A stretch of 63,425 nucleotides of DNA, the filler included, from Lenisia limosa (Eukaryota; Protista; Breviatea), in the NCBI GenBank assembly GCA_001655205.1. It is 5 parts of 5 records of this genome, joined end to end, with 100 filler letters (N's around TTAATTAATTAA, not from the genome) between each part and the next. Parts side by side here need not be neighbours in the genome. Positions count along the whole stretch, not along the records: positions 1 to 25,509 come from LPNZ01002260.1; positions 25,610 to 42,668 come from LPNZ01002979.1; 3 more parts are not named here. One strand, written 5' to 3'. The translations under genes were made by a program, and so were the position numbers. Shown piece after piece: positions 14,169 to 26,229 of this stretch. The notes beneath the pieces were generated by a model. That model was not told the origin of the DNA. It ran no database searches and was given only the letters and a program-made list of their open reading frames with translations. The first letter of the stretch is position 1; every line of letters starts with the position of its first letter.

Positions 14169-17100
14169 TTACACAAGACACTTCTCCTTCTTGTCATTGA
14201 GCACTTGCATATCCTTCTTTTCTGCCCAGTCACGAACGTCTGCATGTGCAAACCTGGTCAGGGAGGAGGGTAAGTAAATGAAATTGCAAAATGAATATAA
14301 TGTAGAAATGAGAAAAAAAACTTGAGAAATAAAACAAGGTACAATCAGGCCGAAGCTGTCAAAACCATCATGCAAAGGAAAATATGATGTGATTATAGCG
14401 TAATATTATTCCCCCATTATTTGTCTTACACAACTCTGTGCACACAGTGAGTGCCTCCCCAGCATACAAATGACATTACTGGCATGATCAGCACGTAGTA
14501 TTATTATATTATTATATTATGTATCACAACCCTTTTTACCCACTTTTGAGCTCTGAACGATTCAAACCCTCCAGAAATATGGCAAATCTGTTGGCCTGGT
14601 CTGTGATGACGCAGGAACTGTTCCGCAAAGTATGCCGCCCTTCCAATTGCACAACTCAGGATGATAGGACTAATGCAATAAAAAAAAAGAGAGACGTGCC
14701 TCGAAAAACCAAGCTGAGCAAAACAATACCGATCAGTAGGCAGCTCTTTGATTTTGGCTCGGATCTTGTCAGAGGGAATGGACTGGACACCTATGTATAA
14801 AAGATGTTGCACCATAATAAACACTAGCGCGGGATAAAATGGGAAGATATCAACTAATACACAAGGGTTTGAAGAAGTCTACCAGTGTATCACCCCTTTA
14901 TATGGTAAAGAGACATGAATAGTTGGGAGAATAAAGAGTTGCAAGTTGCCCTACCAGGGATGTGGCCTGCAGTGAATTCCCAGTCATAACGGACATCAAT
15001 GAAATAGGCATTGGGGATTGCAATTGCTTCAAGCCACGAGAGAGGCTGAATGGTAAGCCAAAAAGTCAAGTTGTACAACGACAACGAACAAACACTGCAC
15101 CTTTGAAACGCCTTCGAGCACATGTGTCGCGGACATGGCCAAAAGATTGATGGGGTCTCTGAAAATATCAATACCTAATGATTTGAAAGCCTCTAGAATC
15201 CCCAAAAACCTAGCGGAATTGAATTGAGGTGCATAGCACAACTCAGCGTTCTCCAAATCATAAACTGTGCCTGACTTCTGCATGCACATACTACAAGGTC
15301 AGTACTCTTATGAAGTTGAACTCATCACACACCTCACAACATCCACACGCTTGTCCACTCCTTCACAACGTCCAGAAGCTTGGAATCCCAAAATACGACC
15401 ATCAGACTAAATTGTCAGCTGAACAGGGTTTCACAACATCAAAAGATCCAACAAGCTTTTGTATTGCAAAACGATTATCATTTGATTAACCCGTGAACTA
15501 ACCTGGTAGATGAGCTTGGAATGGATTTTATGGGCAAGTGGATAGTAACCTGCGTGCTGGTTTGCGTGATGGAATAGTACATGGTAGTCGGAAATACCTA
15601 AAGAATAACAACAACAAAACACATGCTTGCCCACTACCCCCCCCCCCNNNNNNNNNNNNNNNNNNNNNNNNNNNNNNNNNNNNNNNNNNNNNNNNNNNNN
15701 NNNNNNNNNNNNNNTCCAACTGAACCAATCGTGACACCGAAAGCACCAATAACTGCGCTTCCCTTTGTACCAGGATAAACTCTTTGGCGTCCTAATAGTG
15801 AGAATATTAGCATTGAAGATGAACACACCATTTCTCCAGGATGATGTGATGTTTTCAGCTACCAAGCGGCCTTGCCGAGCAGCTGGACCCGCAAGGGGTA
15901 CCTGAGTATTCAAACCCGTGACCTGGTGCTTGACTTCGATAGCGTCTCCAACAGCCCAAATTGAGGGGATACTAGAGTGCAAGTGCTCCGTAACAATGAT
16001 GCCTCCTCTTTTGCCGATCTATGCGTTCAACTCAGAAATGCTCAATACTTTCGCTATCATTACATTGACAAATCAAAACACTTTGTAATAGAGGCATATA
16101 TTAGTATATGATATGTAGTATATAATATGATATATTACATATACTACTATGTTAAGAAAACTTACAATGATATGATATGATTAGTACTTCGAAATAAAAA
16201 GTATAAAAACCAGTCAACACCATCACACAGCTTTACGGAAGCCGAAGTAGTCAAATCAAGTGAAATATTAAAGTGAAACCTCCTGGTTACCTTGCATCCG
16301 GCCATCTTTGCAAGCACGTTCTAAAAAGTCATAAACCATATGACAAGGCGTTGAGATCATGAGAAAGGAATACCCTACCCACCTCAGGGGTCACACCAAT
16401 AGCCATGATGATAATGTCAGCAGCAATCTCTTTGTTGGATTGAGTAATCACCTAAAAGAATAAAAAAAAAATGATTAAAATATTCTCTTTAGCCCACAGT
16501 TAACCTTGAACCAGCCTTGCCCTCTTCAACACGAGCAAGTCCGTCACCCAACACCATTCGGACTCCGGCCTTCTCAAGTTCTTCATGAAGCCAAAAGGTC
16601 ATTTCTCTGTCAACAACCGGCAACACCTACAAGTCATAAATCCCTTGATCTCAAATGGATATCATGTCATCTGAGTCAACATACTTGATCAGCGATATCG
16701 ACAAGAGTCACGTCAAGGAGCTGTTTGCGAAGATTCTATAAAATGATCAGTGTTCCATCCACGTCATATACTACATACCTCGGCCATTTCCAACCCAATG
16801 AAGCCGGCTCCAACAACAACAGCACGGCGGGGTGCGGGGCGCGAGGCAAGGAAAGCTCTAACCAAGTAAGGTACACTTGAAACAGATATCCCACCAGGTA
16901 ATAACCAGTGTATGATAAATGTTTAAGAGAACAATTTTATCCAACCTAATGTCTCTAGCATCCGGGATGTTCCTGACAGTAAAGACACCGGGGAGGTTGA
17001 GGCCAGGGAGGTTGGGTTTAATGGGCTTGGCACCAGGCGCAAGAACAAGCTCATCGTAGGCCATCGACTCAGTCTAAGATGTTATCCTGTGTGACAAATT

Positions 17101-17867
17101 TTTATTTTCAAAAAACGCTTGTTTTTTTGGGGGGAAAACTGAATCGGAAAAATCACTTGCCCTCAAAAAACAAAACACTCAAAATCCAGTCAAAACTAGA
17201 CAAATTAGACGACAATCTATCTGACTTAAGCGCAAAGAAAGAAAGCCAGAACCTTAAATAAAATACACATTATTACGTAACGTTAGTGGAGTACACCAGT
17301 AATGTTCGCGGGAAAAGCTCTCGTTTGCTCCGCAACAGAAAAAAAAGTTTCATCACTAGATTGACTGATGGAACAGTAAACATGGCGCCTTCGGGAGAAA
17401 ACAGAACCGTGTTTGTTTTTTTGTTTTTTTTTAGACATCTGCCCACCTCTCCATTGGTGAGACGCGTATAGGTGAGGACTTTAGAGGAGGAGTCAACACC
17501 AGTGACTTCAGTTGAGGCAAAAACTCGTACATTGAACTCCACTTCAAAGTAATGAGGTGTTACAATCACCAACTAAAAGGTCATTTACAACATAATGATG
17601 TAAAAGACTTCATCCGAGGCAACTTACATTTTCTTCGTGATCAACAACATCACCAACGTGGTACGGAAGTCCACACTAAAGATAAAATAGGCTTTATATT
17701 TCATACAAAAGAATATCACAAAACAAAGAGCTCACATTGGCAAATGAGACGTGTGGGGATCTTTCAAACATGATGATTTCACATGATTCGTCTAAACGAC
17801 GTAGTCTAGCAGCGCAAGCGGCACCGCCGGCTACACCACCAACAATCACAACTCTTCTAGTTGCCAT
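14169..17867 (-). CDS. cdr: CoA-disulfide reductase-rhodanese fusion (CoADR-RHD / NADH-dependent persulfide reductase Npsr-like), about 19 exons
   Basis: MATRRVVIVGGVAGGAACAARLRRL (FAD Rossmann), SFAN|CGLPY redox Cys, YDELVLAPGA, VVVGAGFIGLEMAENL (NADH), IWAVGDAIE, PLAGPAARQGR, ELCYAPQFNSAR|DPIN, rhodanese FIDVRYDWEFTAGHIPG, active loop ILSCAIGRAAYF, HISGGFESF. Confidence 0.92.
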
Positions 17868-18054
17868 ACTGTTGTTTTTAACAACCAACTGCTCAACTCA
17901 CTCCTGGGTGACTGGGTGACGAAATAAGAGAACGCGTGAAAAAGCTGGGGGAAAAGCTGGGAAAACAAGAACCAAAATACGTGAATTGAATAGCTTACGT
18001 TGTTGGGGCTGCTTTGCTGTTTGTTGTTGTTGAGTTGTTTTTAACAAGTCTTTA

Positions 18055-20676
18055 ATGATGCAGATTAATATCAAATGGTCAGCTGGGCCTGGCTTCGAAA
18101 TCGAGGTTTGGGGTTGTGGTGATGTTGACGTTGTGTGGTGTGCATTCAATTGAGACCAAATTGCCTTGTTAACCATTAGGTTGAAGAAAAAACTCTAATT
18201 GAAGACTTCAAGAAGATGCTTGCTGAGGATAAGACACTGGTTCTGGAATCAGTTCGTCTCGTATGCTCTGGCAAGTTGTTGAAGGATGGGTCAAGTCTTG
18301 CTGATTATGGTGGGTGTCTTTCCAAATGGATTGTTGAAAGATTGAAAAATGCTGCTTTCCCCTATTTTCTCCATTTTTATCTCTTCCACTTCCACAAGTT
18401 TCAATACAATTACGGACATGAGTAGGAAGTGGTTTTATTTTTAAGGTTTGAAAGAAGGAGCAGTGATCCACATGGTTGGACGAAAGATAAAAACTGAGGT
18501 TGGAGGTTGATATAATTGCCCATAAAACCCACAGGTGGTTTTGCTCTCTTACTTTTGAAAGTACCTCAATCACATCAGGAAAAGCAGGTAGTTGTGGAAA
18601 AAGAGGAAACCATTTCGGCATCTGTCCCTGCTGCTGCCCCTGTCCCTGCTGCCCAGCCATCTCAGGTTAGTGAAATCATAGTTAAGATTCGTTTTTCGTT
18701 AGTGTAGTACCCTTCGAATAAGATCATAATACATATTTTATGCATTATTATGTTCAAATCTTCTTCTTTTTGTTTATTTTTAATCCTTAATAAAGACTCG
18801 CCAACAACAACCTTCCGGTTACGTGAATCATTTTGCTTCCTTTGGATCAGGCAGCAGTAATATGGCTGAAATGATGCGTCATCAGCAAGAAATGCTCAGA
18901 CAGAACCCAGTACGTGTTGTACTCTTAATTTTCTCCGCCAATATTACTTTAGAAGTGCACCCGCACTCATTATTAATCCAGGAAATGATGCGACAAATGA
19001 TGCAAGATCCTAGTGTACAGCAAATAATGGCCAACCCCGAGGCACTTCGGAATATGATGCAAGGCAACCCCATGATTGAGGTATAATTGTTGACAGTTTA
19101 ATTTTCGCAACATTCTTTCAGATCTCCCTATGCTCATCATTTTGATATTTTTTTGTTAATTTTTATTTTTATTTATTTTACTTGCAGTCACTTGTTGCTG
19201 AAAACCCGGAACTTGCGACTGCTTTTGAGAATCCAGAAATGATACAGCAAATGCAGCGAGCAATGACTGATCCTGTCTGAAGATGATTGATGAGATGATG
19301 ATTTGAAAATTTGCCGTTTTTTTTTACTCTTTCAGGCGTATCAAACTCAGTTGCAACAACAAATGGACAACTCTTTGCTCAACATGGAAAATATGCCTGT
19401 ATGAAGTTTTCCTTTCTTTGGATGTTCTAAAACTGTAGCACGGCATGCAGGCTATTCATGCAGCCCATCGATCAATGACTCAGGCTGAAGAAGCGGCCGC
19501 AGGAAGGAGTCGTGGCGAAGGTAAAATCTGGTCAGTTTTGTTACTGACGTAAAAGATAGAGCAACAGCAGAGTCAAACCTCAATGCAACACTGAGGGAAA
19601 CTGATAATCAGATGAATCAACACGCCCCTAACACAGATGCCCTCCCTAACCCTTGGGCGGTTTGAGGATATCCCTTTGGCATTGTGTTTTTGAATTCTGT
19701 GGATGAGTTAATTGACAATTTAAGGCAGCTGCAGCCCCAGGAATGGGGGGGCCTGCTGCACCCCAAATGTTCAATCCTATGATGGGTAACCCAATGGGAG
19801 GAGCAATGGGTGGTGCTCCGGATATGGCCCAGATGCAGGTTTGTCTTTGAACAGTTTCCAGCACCGAGATTTATTTTTTTGCTTGGACGAAATTTTCTTT
19901 TAACACCCTGATTTTCTTCAGCAAATGATGGAGAACCCAATAATGAGGCAAATGATCAGTGGTGTTCTTTCAAACCCTGATCAATTGGAGGCAATGGTGA
20001 GTTCTAACTTAATTTTGGTTGACGCCTGTAGACTGGAAACAGAGAATTGGCTGATATGATGCGCAATAATCCTATGATGAGACAAATGTTCAGTAACCCT
20101 GATACCCTTGTTGGTGGTGTAAGCTTTTTATCCTCAATATTGGTTTTTTTGGGGGAAACGTTTCTCTTGAAATAATTTTTTCTCCAGAGTCAAATGTTGA
20201 CCCCAGAGGCAATGCAACAAGCTGAACAAATGCGAGCTATGATGTGGGTGAGAGTATTGGAGTATTGTGAGAATGTTTTTATGACTTTTTCAGGGGAGGT
20301 GGAGCTCCAATGGGCGACTTTGGTATGGGAGGTAAGCCACGATGCAATCATGTATCATTTGACTGTCTAGGAATGGGCAATTTCCCTTTCGCCCCTCGTC
20401 CATCAGCAGATACACGTCCACCAGCTGTTGGCGTGGCAGAAATATGGAATTATTTCTGAATTATGATTATTTTTTCATTAGTTATCTAAAATTTCTGACA
20501 TTCGCAATTTCATATATTTTCCCTTTTTTTCATTTTTTATTTTGTTATAGGAACGTTTTGCTGCCGAAGTTGCCCAACTTAGAGAAATGGGGTTTTATGA
20601 TGAGGCAGAGAACCTGAGAGTCTTAACCATTACCAATGGCAACGTTAATGCCGCTGTAGCTATTTTGCTTGGATGA
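18055..20676 (+). CDS. UBQLN: Ubiquilin/Dsk2 family UBL-STI1-UBA ubiquitin shuttle
   Basis: N-terminal UBL (VRLVCSGKLLKDGSSLADY), Met-rich STI1 repeats (MMRQMMQDPSVQQIMANPEALRNMMQGNP), C-terminal UBA ERFAAEVAQLREMGFYDEAENLRVLTITNGNVNAAVAILLG-TGA. Confidence 0.93.
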
Positions 20677-21365
20677 CTTCTTTGGTGGATTCGTTTTGAA
20701 ATGTATAGCCCAACCCCCTCTGAACCAGAGTAACTTGCAAGCAACATCAGGAGCCAAGTCCGGGAGCAAGCAAAAAAACATTACTTTGGCTTCTCACAAT
20801 ACCGGTGTCCGCGTTAGGATGCAAATTGTATTACCAAACGTACCCAACACACACACACATACACACACACACAGTGAGTTTCCCAAGACATTCTAATGAA
20901 CACCACAAGGAAGAAAGTAAGCGATAATTGTAGAGAAAAGAAAGAAAGTAGTATAGCAAGTTATTCCCACTACACAACATATAAGAGAGAGAAAAAAAAA
21001 AAAAAAAAAANNNNNNNNNNNNNNNNNNNNNNNNNNNNNNNNNNNNNNNNNNNNNNNNNNNNNNNNNNNNNNNNNNNNNNNNNNNNNNNNNNNNNNNNNN
21101 NNNNNNNNNNNNNCATAGAGAATGATATCAACAACATCAAGAAAAGAAGAAAATTTGATATAGGGATGATTTCCACAACACCAAGAAAGATGTGTTAAAG
21201 AAGAAAATAAGAAATTGAGAAGAATAGTCACAGGGAATGATTCCCACTGCAACTGAGAACTATTAAGAAGTAGAGAAGAAGGAAAGAGAAACTGGAAAAC
21301 AACAAAACACAACACAACAAAACACACACAAGACAAGAAGGCTAACAAAGGGAACCATCATCAGC

Positions 21366-24290
21366 TTACGCCTTGAAAAACTCATCTACAATGTCAAAAA
21401 TAATACAGGAACAATTGAAGTATCTCTAACAAAAGAACAGTAGAAAGGAGCGTCCAAATACCATTACGTGGGCAGTAGACGGGGAATTCGTAGTCCGTAA
21501 AGCCATAGTATTTCTTCTCTTCATCTTGGAACACTAAATAATAATGAATACACTACACTTCATTTTAAATCACTCAAAAAAATATTGCACCCCTCACTGT
21601 TATACCAAAGAAGAGCAGCGATACCACGATGGGCGAAGAGGCTTGGATGGAAGCAGTCTAGGCCACTCAGGAACATTTGACCATAGTTCACTGCGTCAAT
21701 ACCCTAGAAAATAATGATCCATGACAATAACAAGATAACCGTATTTTCCAAGAAAACTACAAGTGATTTTCTTCCTTTTGTTACTCGGAGTTTCTCTGTT
21801 GACAACACTCGTTCGCTTCGCAAACTCATTTTCTAGCCACGAAACTCCCTTAAAAAAAACGAAAAACCACTCCCAGGAAAAAAAAAAATCTGGGTTTTCT
21901 GATAGGCAAACAATACCTTCATATGGGGCTGCAAGGCTACTGTGAAAGTTGATGTGCTTTCGGTAGCTCTCCAACGATGAACCATCTGTATTGTTAATTG
22001 AAGTGGCAGGTGGTATTTTATTCAACCAAAATAGAGGAGAGCGTAACTATAATTCCCCCACACCTCCACAACAGCATCGTTCATCATGATATAGAAGTCA
22101 TGCATCTGCTCTCTGTGGGCTTTGTCCTTGTGAACGCACTCACATTCAGCCTGTAAAGCGGTTAAAAGCAAAAAAATGAGGGTTTTTTCCCCTCCCAAAA
22201 AGACCGCTGAGAACTTATTCAGCCCACCTTGAAATGGGGCATAACAACATCACGACAGTACCAAGAAGTTTGAGCTGCATCCCATGTACGCGACACATCC
22301 AACATCAGCATCTTGGGAGATTAGCACTATTGAGGCGATAAACGGTGAAAAAAACACCATAGCCTACAACATTGACGAACACCTTAGGGATACCCTCTTT
22401 AATTCTCTTGAGTGCATTCTCAGTTTGAGCCATAACTGCCTCAAGTTGCTCATCCGCATCTTTGTGGGTTCTGGAACAGTTACCTTTGAAGAATAAAGAG
22501 AATAACACAGCACTCCCCCCCCCCCCCNNNNNNNNNNNNNNNNNNNNNNNNNNNNNNNNNNNNNNNNNNNNNNNNNNNNNNNNNNNNNNNNNNNNNNNNN
22601 NNNNNNNNNNNNNNNNAAGGGTGACAACCTTCCAATCATTATTGAAGTCAATGTCTTTGCTGTATAAGTTCTTCATTGAATGGATAAGATACCTGTAACA
22701 ATGAGGAGTATTTCACTTGATAAAAAAAATACTATAGTGGGAGGGGGGAATGTTACAGCTTTTTTGCAGTGCAAGGACTCCCTCTCGTCCTTTCAGACTA
22801 TCAACCCCACATGATGACCCAACCAAAGAGGCCACACCCCTCACGTGACTTCTTCATCTAAATCGCTGGCCATGCCACCAGTAATTGCTGCATCAAGCCA
22901 TTTCCCACGAGTCATTGGGATAGTCCAAGATGGCGAGCCACCAACTAAACTTGGACTAAAGAATAATTCTCATACAAAAGGAGAGATATACTACGTGAAG
23001 AATTAGAAACCATGGTTGTTTCATCCACCCTCTCACTTGTATTCCTTAATGGCATTGTTGAGTGAAAAAGTATCAACGGCAGCACCAGTGGAAAATGCAT
23101 AGTCACGATATTCAATAACCGTGGTTGGGAATGTGCCTTTCAGTGCTAGAGTGTGAAATATATATAGCAATAAGAAATAAAAAATAAGGTTGTATCTGGC
23201 CGANNNNNNNNNNNNNNNNNNNNNNNNNNNNNNNNNNNNNNNNNNNNNNNNNNNNNNNNNNNNNNNNNNNNNNNNNNNNNNCTGAGTGCCTCCCCAGCAT
23301 ACCATACTTTCCAAAAAAAACACCCCTCCCTCATCGATTACCCCTAATCTTCCCATTCAAACTTTTGTACTCTTTTTTCTTTCCCTCCAACATACCAAAT
23401 CCTGCAGAAATGGAATCCCCAAGAGCGGCATTGACCTTGATATGCTGAACTGTTACAAAATGTTAAGGGAATGGTTATGTGATGTTTTTATCCTGACGTT
23501 TATACATATGGGTCAACTATATTACAGTATTCGGAAGAATTTATGGAAATGATAGTCACAAAATTTGTGACGGGAATGGGGAGAGTTTTAAGCGGGATGG
23601 GATGAGGGGAAAAGCAGGGAAATGAGAAAAGCGAGTGATTTCAGAGGGAAATGGAAAAGGGAGTGAAAAGGGAGAAATTTATGTCAGTGAAATACACAGA
23701 TATTGAGGGAAGGGGATATTGCGCTATCTTTAGTCAATCGTGTCAAGACTCGCGGTCAGTGGGTAGTACATTACATATAATATATATATGTATATAATAT
23801 ATATATATATATATACATGTATATATACATATGCTCTCATACATAGTATTTATAAAATTGATATGAATAAATATCACATAGAATCTATTATAAAATGAAA
23901 AGGCATATCAAACAGACTGAAGGGTGCAGATGAAAAACGTCAGATGGAGGGGGGACCTCGGAAATATCAACAGAACAGTTGAAGATTGGCGGATGAGGTG
24001 TTTTTTCAAAAGCAACCGGAATCTGAAGCAATAAAAAAATGATGACCATTTCCAATCATCATAAAGCGGATAGTTGCAGACCAATGTAAACTCTCCATCC
24101 ATACAGATACAACCACAATAATCTTTTCCTCATTTCCCAATAAATCATTATATCTCATCGGTGCCCATCAGGTTTCCCCAGTAACATCCGAACTTGGTAA
24201 ATGAAATGGAATTCCAACCCATCCACCCCCAACCTGTCTGGCAAAAACAGAAGCTAATAGGAAGGCAATGACAACATATAATGTATTCAT
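21366..24290 (-). CDS. Secreted GDSL/SGNH lipase, phospholipase B1-like single domain
   Basis: Signal peptide MNTLYVVIAFLLASVFA; block I HIKVNAALGDSISAGFG; block II DAAITGGMASD; DFNNDWKVVTL; KEGIPKVFVNVV; catalytic DCFHPS; ends DEFFKA-TAA. Confidence 0.85.
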
Positions 24291-24753
24291 TACGAGCGAA
24301 GTCTAGTTGTGGGAGGGAGGAAGACGCTGAAGAGCAGTTAAAAGCATAAACAAAGAACAGTGAAGAAATATAGGAGCTTAATTGTTCTCAAATTTCACTT
24401 ATATCATTAAATAACCTGTAAATAAATAACACACAGGTCTCTCTCACACAAAAGGTGATACACAGATTCACAGCCCAAATTCACCTAAAAAAAAATGGGA
24501 AATGTTCCGTCTTCAGATGTGTGTCAGAGTAGTGGATCCTGTCCTGGTGTTGTCAAGCGTCAAAAAGTCAAAAAGTCAAAAAACTGAAAAAACTAAGGTG
24601 TAGCATGGGGTAGTGAATAGTTATAGATGTGATAATTTTTTCCTTGCCCCCTTGCCCCCTTGCCAACCCCTTTCAACCAAGCTTTAATTGTCAATTGATC
24701 AATTGATTGTTAATAAGCAATATTTAGGCAATACCTGCGCAGCTATCTTCTTG

Positions 24754-25329
24754 ATGGCTTCAGACGGATGGGGAGATAACAAACCAGTTTGGGACACTCC
24801 AGAAGCTGCCAAAGCTTTTGAGCAAGATGGAAGTCTTCACACTGATAACCCTGAAATGAGACCAAAAGCCATCAGTGTCAAGGTTGGGCTGAGGTTTCAA
24901 AAAATAAATTGCAGCCTTATAGGTTATTTCTGTCAGCGTTTTATTTATCCTGTTCTGGTCTTTTTTTTTTTTTTTTTGATACCTGGTGACAGTTAGTTGG
25001 TTTGAGTGNNNNNNNNNNNNNNNNNNNNNNNNNNNNNNNNNNNNNNNNNNNNNNNNNNNNNTTTTTCTATTTTCACACTCTCAGGAGTTATACAATCACT
25101 TTGTCAACGGTGATTTGGCTGGAGATAATGAGAACCTTGAGGAGATAGGGGAGCTTATTCTGAAGCAAAGAGTGGGAGGGTTTGTCAGTTTATAATCTTC
25201 TTCTTTTTTTTTTTTTGATGCTCTAGGGTTTCTACGATGACGAAGAAGAAGTAAAAGAAAAGGTGGTTGAAATTGAGGAACAAAGAGAGTCACCACCACC
25301 CAGAAAAGCAATTCCGGAGAGAGAAGGTA
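24754..25329 (+). CDS. Hypothetical protein, 5' exons only (cut by segment end)
   Basis: MASDGWGDNKPVWDTPEAAKAFEQDG...AISVK|ELYNHFVNGDLAGDNE...|GFYDDEEEVKEKVVEIEEQ with GT/AG boundaries. Confidence 0.5.
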
Positions 25330-25509
25330 GGGTTGTCATCTCGTTTTAGTAGCAGCATTCAATCATAATAAAAACATATCGTACTGTACTATAAACATAC
25401 ATATATATATATATATACATGTATATCATATATAATATGTATTATATATCATCTATAGTATATATGAGGTGTATCATATATATAATATATAATATGATAT
25501 GATATATAG

Positions 25510-25609
25510 NNNNNNNNNNNNNNNNNNNNNNNNNNNNNNNNNNNNNNNNNNNNTTAATTAATTAANNNNNNNNNNNNNNNNNNNNNNNNNNNNNNNNNNN
25601 NNNNNNNNN
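25510..25609. other. Artificial contig-join linker
   Basis: 44 N + TTAATTAATTAA (stops in all six frames) + 44 N. Confidence 0.95.
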
Positions 25610-26000
25610 CACCTCTCGCCCTCAGCTCGGCTGCAATGGTTTATCATCAGCATTGCAACCCTGCAGCTCCCCTTTCTCCTTGCCAACGGGACCAGAAGAA
25701 GCATTTGGTTCCTGGTTTTGGCTGTTTTTCTTCTGCCTGTCTTCATCTTCGGCCACACCGTCGCTCCTATCTTGTGAGAAGGAAACAATTGTTTTTACAT
25801 TCCTAAATACGCCACCAAACCAGGAGGTCAATATTTCAGGTGATATACTAGGGAGTTAGCTCTAACTCTCAGTGATGACCACGAGAACGACAACTTCCGC
25901 AGTGTGTTTGTTGCCTCCACCCTTCTGGCTTTTATAATGATCATCTTCGGGGTGACTCTTGTCATATGGCGGCGCTTTGTTTCCTGGAGGGTATGAGGGG
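25610..26000 (-). CDS. Possible exons of a low-complexity hypothetical gene, truncated
   Basis: Open charged segments (DRSDGVAEDEDRQKKNSQNQE; PPGNKAPPYDKSHPEDD) after AG acceptors; frame ambiguous. Confidence 0.2.
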
Positions 26001-26229
26001 TGGAACAGGAGGGTGGTTTGGTACTAAATAGTAGCGCATATTGTGAGGTTTTGAGTATCATAATAATCAAAGAGCGTCTGATTATGACACATAAAGTTCA
26101 GCCAAGCACTTTACTTCTATTTTAAATCTAACATGACGTTATTTTTTATTGAATCGTGTCAACCTTCATGTTAGTTTGTTTCACAATCATAGAAGGAGCA
26201 GAAGTGGCAGAAAAGAGCCAAGAACGCGA

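Noticed and set aside
14169-14185. CaaX prenylation signal at the end of CoADR-RHD (EKCLV)
   Set aside because: The Cys is third from the end, not fourth, and the last-exon phase is itself uncertain.
14016-14200. Simple continuous in-frame fusion of CoADR-RHD and the desulfurase
   Set aside because: All three frames have stops in the spacer and the nearest GT..AG that removes the TAA is only 14 nt; kept only as a testable splicing hypothesis.
25554-25565. TTAATTAATTAA as a biological motif
   Set aside because: Always centred in exactly 44+44 N; a synthetic all-frame stop spacer.
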